A DNA stretch of 59,628 bases from a virus. Taxonomy: Duplodnaviria; Caudoviricetes. The stretch covers positions 1-59,628 of IMG/VR virus record IMGVR_UViG_3300034272_000911; one strand, 5' to 3'. Positions within the stretch are counted from its first letter, which is position 1. Every line of letters starts with the position of its first letter. The position numbers and the translations under genes were made by a program. The notes under the pieces were generated by a model. The model saw nothing but the letters and a program-made list of their open reading frames with translations, searched no databases and was not told where the DNA came from. Below are positions 34,896 through 43,523 of the stretch, piece by piece.

Positions 34896-35425
34896 CGTTC
34901 ACCTACCTTCTGCTGTTTCGATTCCTGCACCGCCGCGATCAGGTCGTCCATCGACCGCATGTGCGAGACGTGCAGGGCTATCCGCTCACCGTATCCGAAG
35001 TCCTTGGCTACGCATCCGCTGAAGAAGTCTTGCCTCAGCACGACTCCCCTGATGATCACCGACGTCTCGTACTCGTCGATGTTGCAGAGGATTCCCGCAC
35101 GGCTTGTCAGCTTCTCCGCGCTGTTGAAGTACAGCCAGTCCTTCGTCTGCCGCGAGATCGGTGTCTTCACCTGACACGTGATCCCGCCAAGGGAGAGGTC
35201 GAAGCCGCTGTCGCCGCCAATGAGCACCGACCAATCTGGATCGATGCACAAGGCACGGGCGACTCCGACCTCCCCCATGAACCCGAAGTAGCAGATGTCC
35301 CAGTCCGTCCGCGCCCGGTCGTGCTTCTGGCTTGCGACCGAATGCGCGGACTTCGTGGAGCACCGCTTCGACGTCACTTCATGCAGCAGCAACAGATCGC
35401 TGTCGCTTAGCCTTACGCGCCACAC
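34889..35425 (-). CDS. Putative restriction-endonuclease-fold protein
   Basis: GEVGVA..GDSGFDL..QVKT pattern. Confidence 0.5.
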   Translation of the reverse strand: MWRVRLSDSDLLLLHEVTSKRCSTKSAHSVASQKHDRARTDWDICYFGFMGEVGVARALCIDPDWSVLIGGDSGFDLSLGGITCQVKTPISRQTKDWLYFNSAEKLTSRAGILCNIDEYETSVIIRGVVLRQDFFSGCVAKDFGYGERIALHVSHMRSMDDLIAAVQESKQQKVGERC

Positions 35426-35672
35426 GCGGCTTTCCCCCCTTGATGGCGGCTGACGTCGGCTGTCCCGCGATCCAGTAGCGGAACGAACGCCAGCTTCCTT
35501 CGCGGACGATCAGCCCGTCTTTGTGGAGGCGGGTGATCGTTGGTGCGACGCTCCAGCGCTTGCCGCCGGTCGCTTCGATCAGCTCGGTCAGGTTGGCGCC
35601 GCGAACCCTGCGCGCACTGAGGGTTCGCAGGATCATGCTCTTGATCGGCTTGAGCTCAGAACGGGATGTCAT
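35379..35672 (-). CDS. Winged-helix DNA-binding protein
   Basis: LTELIEATGGKRWSVAPTITRLHKDGLIVREG..FRYW. Confidence 0.65.
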   Translation of the reverse strand: MTSRSELKPIKSMILRTLSARRVRGANLTELIEATGGKRWSVAPTITRLHKDGLIVREGSWRSFRYWIAGQPTSAAIKGGKPRVARKAKRQRSVAAA

Positions 35673-36258
35673 CTGCGAAATCCTCTTCGGCGCTGGGGTT
35701 GGCGGGAGCGCTCTTGCCGAGCAGCTGGAACTCGGGAGACTTCTGGATCATTTCCCGGTAGTACTTCGGCAGGCTGTCGAAGATCTTCTGGTCGTGATCG
35801 CCGATGGCGTAGAACGCCAGCTCGTTGACCGGGGCGGGGGACGCGATGCCGTCCGGCACCGGCATCACCGACGCGACGTTGGCGTAGCTCTTGGTGCCGC
35901 GCTCGGCGTGGACGATGTTGATGAAGCACACCTTGCCGAGGATGTTCTTCAGGTCGAAGCCCTTGCGCTCGACCTCAGTGAACTTCCGACCGCGCCAGCT
36001 CTCCAGCACAGCGCGCAGGCGCGCCTTCTCGTTCAGGCTGACCGTGTACTTCTCGCTGATGGTGAACGGCTTGCCGCTCTCCATGAGCTTCGACAGCTCC
36101 CACGTGATCAGGCACTGGTGCGCCTGCTTCGTCTCGCCGCCGACGCTGAAGGTCTGCGTGCCGAGATCGACGACGCGGAAGCAGCGCGCCACGTGAGCCC
36201 CGGCTGGGGCGTTCTCGTACTTGCGATCGCCGTACGGATCGCTTGCGATGAGGGACAT
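35656..36258 (-). CDS. Phage single-stranded DNA-binding protein
   Basis: PAGAHVARCFRVVDLGTQ..SLNEKARLR..WRG; acidic DDIPF tail; AAGGAG RBS. Confidence 0.75.
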   Translation of the reverse strand: MSLIASDPYGDRKYENAPAGAHVARCFRVVDLGTQTFSVGGETKQAHQCLITWELSKLMESGKPFTISEKYTVSLNEKARLRAVLESWRGRKFTEVERKGFDLKNILGKVCFINIVHAERGTKSYANVASVMPVPDGIASPAPVNELAFYAIGDHDQKIFDSLPKYYREMIQKSPEFQLLGKSAPANPSAEEDFADDIPF

Positions 36259-36378
36259 CTTCGACTCCTTGCTGTTGAAAAAAACGGAACGGGATTGTTC
36301 CAGCTCATACTGCTGCTGGAGCAGCTCTTCGTGGTGGTGCCACGCTTGAAGCCCGTCATCCTCAAGGTTCATGCCGCG

Positions 36379-36407
36379 ACTATATTGACGCGAAATTGCT
36401 ATGTCAA
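36379..36407 (-). promoter_or_regulatory. Leftward early promoter (PL-like)
   Basis: TTGACA-17 bp-TATAGT on the minus strand, abutting operator 36407-36420. Confidence 0.85.
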
Positions 36408-36481
36408 TACGTTCCGGTATTGTTTACGAACAAAAAGATTCGTGACCGACGTGCGGTCACAAAGCCCGGCTGGTCACCGGG

Positions 36482-37141
36482 TCAGAGCGGGACTCGCTTC
36501 GTGCAGGAGATCGCCCTGCCGATCACCCGCGGCATGGCAGCTGAGCGAGCCTTGAGGATCTGCGGCGAGTACGCCGGGTTGTCCGCGGTGATGCGGATCT
36601 CGCTGTTCGGCAGCTGTTGGATGCGCCGGAACAGCGTCCCGTCGCCCTTCATCCGCACGACGTAGATGGCGTCGCCGACGACCTTCTTCGCGCCCAAGTC
36701 CACCCAGACGTGATCGCCGACGCTGATCGTCGGAGCCATGCAGGAGTCCTGAGCCGGGACGATGACGAGGTTCGCCGTGCCAGACGAACGCAGAGCCAGC
36801 GTGGGGTCATCGATGGGCAGGGTGACGGAGAAGTCGCTCGTCAGGGGAGCGCGGTCTGGGACGTCGCGAGAATCGGTCAGGACGGGGATGCGCGTGACAT
36901 GCCTCGCGCCGATACCGTGCGGGGAGTCGAGCCAGCCCGAGGCGATCCCGGCTCGCTGTTCGATGTCGCGAGCCAGCTTCTCGCCGATGTTCCGGCGGTA
37001 GTCGGGGTTGTTGGTGAGGACGAGGTTGATCAGATTCGGGTTCTTCCCGGTCGCCCGGCAGAACGCGGCGCGGTTCCCCTCGTAGGAGTCTCTGATCAGG
37101 GAGATCAGGTTCTGCCGCCGCACCTCAAAAGCGCTGGTCAT
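36482..37141 (-). CDS. cI: CI-like repressor (HTH + S24-like domain)
   Basis: RRQNL..AAFCRATG..RNIGEKLARDIE..GWLD HTH; MAPTI..GD..VD..ADNPAY C-terminus; GGAG RBS; divergent from cro-like gene. Confidence 0.85.
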   Translation of the reverse strand: MTSAFEVRRQNLISLIRDSYEGNRAAFCRATGKNPNLINLVLTNNPDYRRNIGEKLARDIEQRAGIASGWLDSPHGIGARHVTRIPVLTDSRDVPDRAPLTSDFSVTLPIDDPTLALRSSGTANLVIVPAQDSCMAPTISVGDHVWVDLGAKKVVGDAIYVVRMKGDGTLFRRIQQLPNSEIRITADNPAYSPQILKARSAAMPRVIGRAISCTKRVPL

Positions 37142-37172
37142 GGCTATGTCTCCAAGGTAGTTCGTGACCTGA

Positions 37173-37282
37173 ACTGTAATGTAATACCGTACGGTGGTCA
37201 ATCGGCGACCGTTTCGTATCGGGCAGAAACCTTGACGCACGTGCGAGTATCGCTATGATCGGCGACCGATACCGTTCGGTAT
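37173..37282. promoter_or_regulatory. Lysis/lysogeny switch: divergent promoters and operators
   Basis: Minus strand TTGACC-17-TACAGT (37173-37201); plus strand TTGACG-16-TATGAT (37232-37259); operator-like sites at 37184, 37206 and 37269. Confidence 0.8.
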
Positions 37283-37299
37283 TGAACCAAGGAGCCAAG

Positions 37300-37593
37300 A
37301 TGAACGCCGAGATCACCCCTGTTGCCGAAGCTGCGCCGTCGCAGCCCGAGGCGCCGCACAAGACCTACATCCGCTCGCTGCCGCAGATCGAACGCGACCG
37401 ACTGGGTCACCTCGTCGACGTGTCCGGTGCGTACGTGACGAGCCTCGTCTACCGCGATGCGAACACGCTCTCGCTGTCGATGGCGATCGCGATCGACAAG
37501 CACAGCGGCGGCGCGCTCGACTTCCGCGAGCTCGTCAACCGTCGCGAGATCATCGACTGGGAGTACGTGAAGCAGAAGCTCAACAGCACCTGA
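37300..37593 (+). CDS. cro: Cro-like regulator
   Basis: AAGGAG RBS; YIRSL..ERDRLG..SGAYVTSL..LSMAIAIDKHSGG..REL. Confidence 0.7.
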   Translation: MNAEITPVAEAAPSQPEAPHKTYIRSLPQIERDRLGHLVDVSGAYVTSLVYRDANTLSLSMAIAIDKHSGGALDFRELVNRREIIDWEYVKQKLNST

Positions 37594-37605
37594 GGCTGTG
37601 GCACA

Positions 37606-37795
37606 GCCGCTCAGTCGGGGGTCAAGGCGACAGGGCTGAGCGGCAAATACCCCTACTGGACGTCAGCGGTGGAACAGGGGACATGAGGGCGGCGAAGCTA
37701 GCACCCTCTCCGCGAAAAGGCTGGCGGGTCATGTCGGCTCCGAAGGGCAGGCGTGTGAAGGCAGACCAGTCTTGGGCTAGGTCTGTCTCACCAAA
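37606..37795 (+). ncRNA. Candidate structured RNA between cro and the replication genes
   Basis: Chain of hairpins in an intergenic region with no credible ORF. Confidence 0.4.
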
Positions 37796-37869
37796 GGGCA
37801 GAGGGGAACCAAGAGCTCCTATTCGTGCAGGAGCGGGAAGCGGATTCATAACCGCCAGACGGTCAATCA

Positions 37870-37911
37870 ATACTCCCGGGTATTGAATACGCACATACCG
37901 CTAAGTAGACT
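37870..37911 (+). promoter_or_regulatory. Operator plus promoter of the replication operon
   Basis: ATACTCCCGGGTAT abutting TTGAAT-17-TAGACT. Confidence 0.65.
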
Positions 37912-37946
37912 CCGCAGTTCCACAGCAAACACCCACGGAGCGCGGA

Positions 37947-38381
37947 GTGAAGAGCCTGACCCACCTACCGATCTCGATCACCCACGAAGGGGACGAGTTC
38001 GTCATCACCCAGAACGTCGGCGCGACCGCTGACGACGTCGTGTCGATCCGCATCGGCGAAAACCAAGCGGCGCAGATCGCGAAGTTCCTCACGCAGAAGG
38101 ACAAGCCCGACGAGAGCGAGCCGCTCTGCCTCGCGGACGGCTTCGTCGAGTTCTGGCTGGAGTACCCGAGGAAAGACGGCAAGGCGCGAGCGTTCGATCT
38201 CTGGAAGCGCCAGCGTCTGCACCTGCAGGCTGAGAAGGTCATGGCGCACCTTCGCGCCGTGAAGGCGACAGACCAGTGGTCGAAGGACGGCGGTCGGTTC
38301 GTGCCTCACGCTGCGACCTACCTCTCGCAGAAGCGCTACCTCGACGAGGTCGAGTCGGAGGACGCCTCCGCATGGCAGTGA
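37947..38381 (+). CDS. Replication initiator / helicase-loader-like protein
   Basis: FVEFWLEYPRKDGKARA..W..FVPHAATYLSQKRYLDE. Confidence 0.7.
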   Translation: MKSLTHLPISITHEGDEFVITQNVGATADDVVSIRIGENQAAQIAKFLTQKDKPDESEPLCLADGFVEFWLEYPRKDGKARAFDLWKRQRLHLQAEKVMAHLRAVKATDQWSKDGGRFVPHAATYLSQKRYLDEVESEDASAWQ

Positions 38382-38821
38382 CCAGCTCACCGCTTCCGTA
38401 CGGCGCAGAGGCGATCGTCACCTCTCGGCTGCGCGGTCGTGCGCCTGAAATGGTCATGCTCTCGCTGCTGCCTGCGCGATACCGGTTCAACGCCGACCCC
38501 TACGCTTTCGTCAGGGCTCTGCCCGGGCGCACCTACGACTGGCGATTCCTCCGCAAGATCGAAACGATGGTCGTGACCGATACCATGCCGGAGCCCGGCT
38601 TCCTTGAGGGGCTGTGCAGGCAGGCGTTCCCCGTCAGACTCTGGGTTCTGGGCAGGGACGTCGGCGCGACGGTGATGTATCTTCCGACTCTGGAGTCCGT
38701 CTCACGCGGGGACAGCTCGACGTGGGACTGGCGACTGTCCTTTGAGCCGATGCTGTCGTTCCAGAATTACGAGTGGAACCAGTGGTTCGCAACAGCTGTC
38801 GAGGACATGGCGCATGTATAA
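38372..38821 (+). CDS. Hypothetical protein
   Basis: Coupled between the initiator and helicase genes; start approximate. Confidence 0.55.
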   Translation: MAVTSSPLPYGAEAIVTSRLRGRAPEMVMLSLLPARYRFNADPYAFVRALPGRTYDWRFLRKIETMVVTDTMPEPGFLEGLCRQAFPVRLWVLGRDVGATVMYLPTLESVSRGDSSTWDWRLSFEPMLSFQNYEWNQWFATAVEDMAHV

Positions 38822-39809
38822 CACGATCCCAGACAGCATCGATTTTGAGCGCTACCTGCGCGATACCGAATCGAAGAACCACAAGATGCGCCGCCCGGTC
38901 GACTTCGTGGAAGCGACGATCGAACGCATGTTCGGCGACTCGGTCGGAAACTTCGCTCGCCTTCCGTTCGGTCAGGTCGACATCCAGTTCAGACCCGGCG
39001 AGGTCACCGTCTGGGCTGGCGTGAACGGTCACGGCAAGTCGATGGTGATCTCTCAGGTCATGCTCGGCTTCATCCAGCAGGGCTTCCGCTGCGGCGTCGC
39101 GAGCTTTGAGCTGCTGCCAGAGGCGCTCAACAAGCGGATGATCCTGCAGGCTGCTGGCGGCATCCCAGACGTGCGCTACGTGCGCGACTTCCTGAGCTGG
39201 ACTGGCGATCGCCTCTGGTACGCCGACGTCCGCGGATCGGCGTCGAACAAGGACATGCTCGGCATCGTCAAGTACGCTGCCCTTGAGAGCAAGGTTCAGC
39301 ACTTCTTCATCGACAACCTGATGTGCTGCGTCTCTGGCGAGGACGACTACAACTCGCAGAAGGACTTCGTGTTCCAGCTCTGCGAGATGGCTCGCGAGCT
39401 CGGCATCCACATCCACATCGTCCACCACATCCGCAAGCTTCAGGACGAGAAGATTATCCCGGGCAAGTTCGACATCAAGGGTTCGGGATCGATCACCGAC
39501 CGCGTCGACAACGTGATCATCGTCTACCGGAACAAGCGCAAGGAAGCTGAGCTCCAGAAGTCGGACAAGGAGCTCCCTCAGGAGAAGCGCGTCGAGTGGC
39601 AGCGCGCCTACGATGCGAGCGTGATCGTCGTGAAGCAGCGAGACGGCGGCGAGGAAGCGACCGTCAAGCTCTGGTTCCAGCGCGAGGCGAACAGCTTCCA
39701 CGACAGACGCATCGACGGACGACCGCCGTGCTTCGAGATCCCGCGATTCGTGAAGCCGGAGCTCGTAGCTGTCGAAACAGCTGTCCTCAACGAGGAGGTC
39801 GAGTCGTGA
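38814..39809 (+). CDS. DnaB/SF4 replicative helicase
   Basis: GVNGHGKS Walker A, FFIDNL Walker B, HHIRK, KGSGSITD, KQR. Confidence 0.9.
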   Translation: MYNTIPDSIDFERYLRDTESKNHKMRRPVDFVEATIERMFGDSVGNFARLPFGQVDIQFRPGEVTVWAGVNGHGKSMVISQVMLGFIQQGFRCGVASFELLPEALNKRMILQAAGGIPDVRYVRDFLSWTGDRLWYADVRGSASNKDMLGIVKYAALESKVQHFFIDNLMCCVSGEDDYNSQKDFVFQLCEMARELGIHIHIVHHIRKLQDEKIIPGKFDIKGSGSITDRVDNVIIVYRNKRKEAELQKSDKELPQEKRVEWQRAYDASVIVVKQRDGGEEATVKLWFQREANSFHDRRIDGRPPCFEIPRFVKPELVAVETAVLNEEVES

Positions 39810-40099
39810 AGTTCACGCCCGCAGAGCGCGAGTACTTCGCGAAGGTCAGAAAGGAAAGCCCTGAGGTCGACAGCATGTTCACAGCTGTTCGACAGATGAT
39901 GGAGACCTTCCGCGGGGCGAAGATCGTGCACCTCAAGGTTCGCGACTCGGAGTGGGGAAGACCCATGCCCGAAGGCGTACCGTACGTCCCGATGCCTCGC
40001 GTCGAGACAATACCGAAAGGCAAGAAAAAACAGCAAGCGCAACAGACTGTCGGACAGCGGCGGCGAGCGGCTACCCGATACAAAGGAGATCCAACGTGA
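39806..40099 (+). CDS. Hypothetical protein
   Basis: GGAGG RBS; GTGA overlap; MKFTPAEREYFAKV. Confidence 0.55.
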   Translation: MKFTPAEREYFAKVRKESPEVDSMFTAVRQMMETFRGAKIVHLKVRDSEWGRPMPEGVPYVPMPRVETIPKGKKKQQAQQTVGQRRRAATRYKGDPT

Positions 40100-40554
40100 G
40101 CCAGACGAACATCGCATTCCAAGGGGAGATCATGCTCCTCAACTGGGCTGAGTCATCCACCCGAGGACGGACGGTCACCTTCCTGCTGAGCGAGGATGGT
40201 GAGTCGCACCCGTTCAAGGACTTCACGATCAGGCAGGGCAAGCGCGCCGGTCAAAGATTCATGGCTGTCCTCGTCCAGATCGACGACAACGAACAGCCTG
40301 TTCAACAGCCGACCCAGCGACTGTCCCAGACCGCAGCCGTCATGTGCAAAGACCCTGAGTTCTGGACGTGGGCGAGCTCGCGCACGTTCGACCCGGTCAA
40401 CACCGAGGATACGGCTCGCCAGTTCATGCTCGACATCGTCGGCATCCAGTCACGCGGCGAGCTCGACAGAGACGCGAGCGCAGCCGATCGCTTCAACCGT
40501 CTGGTCGTGATGCCGTTCAGCGCCCACCGCCAGTTCTTCACGCCGTCGCTGTGA
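40096..40554 (+). CDS. Conserved phage hypothetical protein
   Basis: AAGGAG RBS; AGQRFMAVLV..CKDPEFW..GIQSRGELD. Confidence 0.65.
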   Translation: MSQTNIAFQGEIMLLNWAESSTRGRTVTFLLSEDGESHPFKDFTIRQGKRAGQRFMAVLVQIDDNEQPVQQPTQRLSQTAAVMCKDPEFWTWASSRTFDPVNTEDTARQFMLDIVGIQSRGELDRDASAADRFNRLVVMPFSAHRQFFTPSL

Positions 40555-40571
40555 CGACGCGGGTGCTCGAC

Positions 40572-40871
40572 ATGAATTGGCGAAGCCGAAAGCTGCTCGA
40601 CCACATCCACGAATGCCCTGAGTGCTTCGCCTGCGGGGCGATCAACACTGTCGGGAACATCGTCCCTGCTCACAGCAACCAGCTGCGCGACGACAAGGGC
40701 AAGGGCATCAAGGCGCACGACTACCGCGTCGCCGCGATGTGCAACAGCTGTCATCACGAACTCGACCAAGGGATGCGGTGGACGAAAGAGGAGCGGGTCG
40801 CCATCTGGGAGCTCGCTCACCGCAAGACGATCGGATGGCTGTTCTCAACAGGGAGGGTGACTGTCACATGA
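40572..40871 (+). CDS. YbcO/DUF1364-like Zn-binding HNH-type nuclease
   Basis: CxxC..VPAHSN..GKGIKAHD..CNSCHHELD. Confidence 0.75.
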   Translation: MNWRSRKLLDHIHECPECFACGAINTVGNIVPAHSNQLRDDKGKGIKAHDYRVAAMCNSCHHELDQGMRWTKEERVAIWELAHRKTIGWLFSTGRVTVT

Positions 40872-41039
40872 AGCTCGGAACGTACGAATGCCCGGTCTGC
40901 AAGAAGCTGTCCGCGCACAAGGGGTCAAAGATCGCGAGGCTGTACTTCGGCAGCGGCAGCGATCGCGAGGTCATGCGGACGATGGTCTGCGCGCCTTGCT
41001 GGCTCAAGCTACCGGAGATCAATCGCAAAGGAGGTCATA

Positions 41040-41396
41040 GTGGGAAAGCTGCAAAGGGAAAGAGGCGCGTCGACGGAACGCGAGATCGCAACGTACCTGT
41101 CGGAACAGCTGGGCGTGGTGGTGAAGCGCAAGCTGGGGCAGGCGAGGGACAGCGGGGAGGACATCAGCGTCCCGCCGTACCGGATCGAAGTGAAGCGCCG
41201 CCGAAAAATCGGTGCGCTCAAGTTCTTGGAGCAGTGCGAGGATGGGTGCGGCGAGTCCGAAATCCCGGTGGTGGTGATGCGGGTTGACGGCGACCTTCGA
41301 CCGACCGTCATGCTCAGGCTGGAGGACTTCGTGTTCCTGATGCGAGAGACGATGGACGTGAAGCCTTGCGCTGTTGGAGGAATGCCTGATGGCTAG
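41040..41396 (+). CDS. PD-(D/E)XK Holliday-junction resolvase-like protein
   Basis: RGASTEREIA..GEDI..IEVKRR..PVV; GGAGG RBS. Confidence 0.75.
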   Translation: MGKLQRERGASTEREIATYLSEQLGVVVKRKLGQARDSGEDISVPPYRIEVKRRRKIGALKFLEQCEDGCGESEIPVVVMRVDGDLRPTVMLRLEDFVFLMRETMDVKPCAVGGMPDG

Positions 41397-41934
41397 CCAT
41401 GAGCGCATCGCCCGCGCCTTGAACTCGTCAAACCTCAAACAGGACGAACAGCACTTCGACGCTGACGTCGTCGCAGCGCTCGCGTTCGCGCCTCAGCTTG
41501 GGGCGTCGATCCATGCGCTGGTTCTGGCTGGGCATCAGGAGGAAGCGCCGCGGACGATACGCTTGCTGACCCAGACGCTGATCCGCGCTGGGCGCCGCAA
41601 GCGGATCGGCTTCGGCTCTCAGAGGGCAGAGGTCGTCGCGAGGCAGGCGCTGCTGGAGTGGGTGATCCGCGTGTGCCGGGCTTGCAACGGGTCGGGCAGG
41701 AGGCTGGTCAGCTACTCTCACGATGCGGAACAGCCGACGCAGGAGGACAGCTGTTCGCACTGCGAAGGGACAGGTGTTTTCACGCCGACGTGGGCGTGGA
41801 GGCATGCGTCGATGGAGCTGCCCCCGGAGGCGGAGCAGGGCTGGTGGGAGAAGCGGCTCGACCTCGCCAAAGAAATCATGGATGACGCGTTCCGGTCGAC
41901 CCGGCGGAAGGTGACCAGCCAGCTTGAGGACTGA
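41389..41934 (+). CDS. Antiterminator Q-like late regulator with Zn finger
   Basis: CRACNGSG..CSHCEGTG; last gene of the nin-like region. Confidence 0.6.
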   Translation: MASHERIARALNSSNLKQDEQHFDADVVAALAFAPQLGASIHALVLAGHQEEAPRTIRLLTQTLIRAGRRKRIGFGSQRAEVVARQALLEWVIRVCRACNGSGRRLVSYSHDAEQPTQEDSCSHCEGTGVFTPTWAWRHASMELPPEAEQGWWEKRLDLAKEIMDDAFRSTRRKVTSQLED

Positions 41935-41947
41935 ATCCCAAAACGAA

Positions 41948-41999
41948 GAAAGCCCCTGCACAACAGCCACAACAGCTGTTGCACAGGGGCTTTCGCTTT
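41948..41999. terminator. Bidirectional terminator between convergent operons
   Basis: gaaagcccctg...caggggctttc inverted repeat with A/T flanks. Confidence 0.7.
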
Positions 42000-42095
42000 G
42001 ATAGTCTCAACTCGCGAGGGCTATCCAACCATAACAACACGCCGCCCTCGCCTAGCGTGTCGTCGTCCCCTCAGGTACACCGTCAGGTGCAATCC

Positions 42096-43474
42096 TCAGG
42101 GAATCGTCTCAGGTATCTCAATCGTCGGTGGCTCGTCGAAGAGCAGCGTGTAGTCCTTGCCGCTGATCTCCCGCACCGTGGGGCGCTTGCGCTCCCACTC
42201 AGGGGTGCCGACCGTGGTCGCGCCCGGGTGCAGGCTCTCCACGAACCGGAGTGCGTCCTCCCGGGATGCGAACGCGAACGGCGCGCCGCTGGGCTTCCGC
42301 ACGTACATGCTGAACCCGGCGCCGCCGCTCCAGCAGCGGACGTCTGCGACCCAGACGCCGCCGCTCACGACTGCGCCTCCTGTTCGGACTGTTCCAAGTA
42401 GGCAACAGCTGTCGCCTCGCTGTACCCGGCGTTGATCAGCTCTCGGATGATCGTCTCGCGACGATCGGAGTCCGGCGCCGGGGCTGGCTCGCGGCGATCC
42501 TTGGCGGGAGCGCCCAGACCAGCTCGCAGGTGATCGCGCAGCTCGTCGACTTTCGGCGCCCCGTCTTTCACGGACACCAGCGCGACGGGCTTGCCGGACT
42601 TCAGGATCTGGGAGAGCACAGACGAAAGGTCGAGCGCGACCACGCCGCTGCTCTTCGCAGCGAGGAACATGCTCTGCACGGACGGGTCTGCGTCAGCCGC
42701 CCCGTACTCGGTGAGCACCTCGTGGTCTCGCTTCGTCGCCCTGACCAGCCTGACCCCAGCCCTCAAAAGGGACTGGCGCAGGAACTCGGCGTCCTTGACG
42801 GACAGTTGGATGGTGATGTTCTGCACAGCTGTTCTCCTTAGGCTTTCGCCCACTTGGCGATGGACTGGGGGACGGGCTCGGGCTCGGCGACGATCTGGTA
42901 TCCCAGCTTCTCAGCCTCAGCCAGCGCCAGATGGGTCAGGGTCTTGGTGCCAGCGATCCTCGCGAACGCATGCGCCGTCTCGTTGACGGGATAGACCGCG
43001 GGGGTGCCGTACACGTTACGGACTCGGACGATTAGAGTCTGCACAGAATTTTCTCCTGCTGTTTGATGGTTCTGTTGGCGACAGCGAGACAGCCTCGCAG
43101 GCTGTTCCGTCTCTGGCGCGCCGCGGCGAGTCGATCCTCAAAGCGAGCCACGCGATTGCGTAGGCGCTCGACCTCGACCCTCGCCAGCCTCAGCTGCGCG
43201 ATGTACTTGGCGCAGCTCACGTGATCACGCCCAGCTTCCTGCGGACAGCGTCGAGCTGCTCGCGGGTGAAGGGTTCCCTGCCGAAGGTCTCGCCGCTGAA
43301 GTGCCGCTTGCTCCACGCCTCGTACAGCTCGCCGTGCTCGGGCGACATCTTCGCCAGCGCCTTGATGCTCGCGAAGCTGCTCTCCCCTGCTCTCCACGTT
43401 CGGTGGCAGTCCGAGAAGTTGTAGTACCAGTCGTGACGTGCGAGCTGCGCGTCGAATTCTTTCAGAGTAGCCAT
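42096..43474 (-). CDS. Five small coupled genes of unknown function (42096-42368, 42365-~42826, 42838-43044, 43032-~43220, 43217-43474)
   Basis: Coupled ORFs with AGGAG RBSs; motifs VRNVYG..YPVNETA..GTKTLT and LARHDWYYNFSD. Confidence 0.65.
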
Positions 43475-43523
43475 AGGTCTTTTCTCCTAGGGGGCTCGCG
43501 CCCCCAACAGTTGTTGAACAGCA

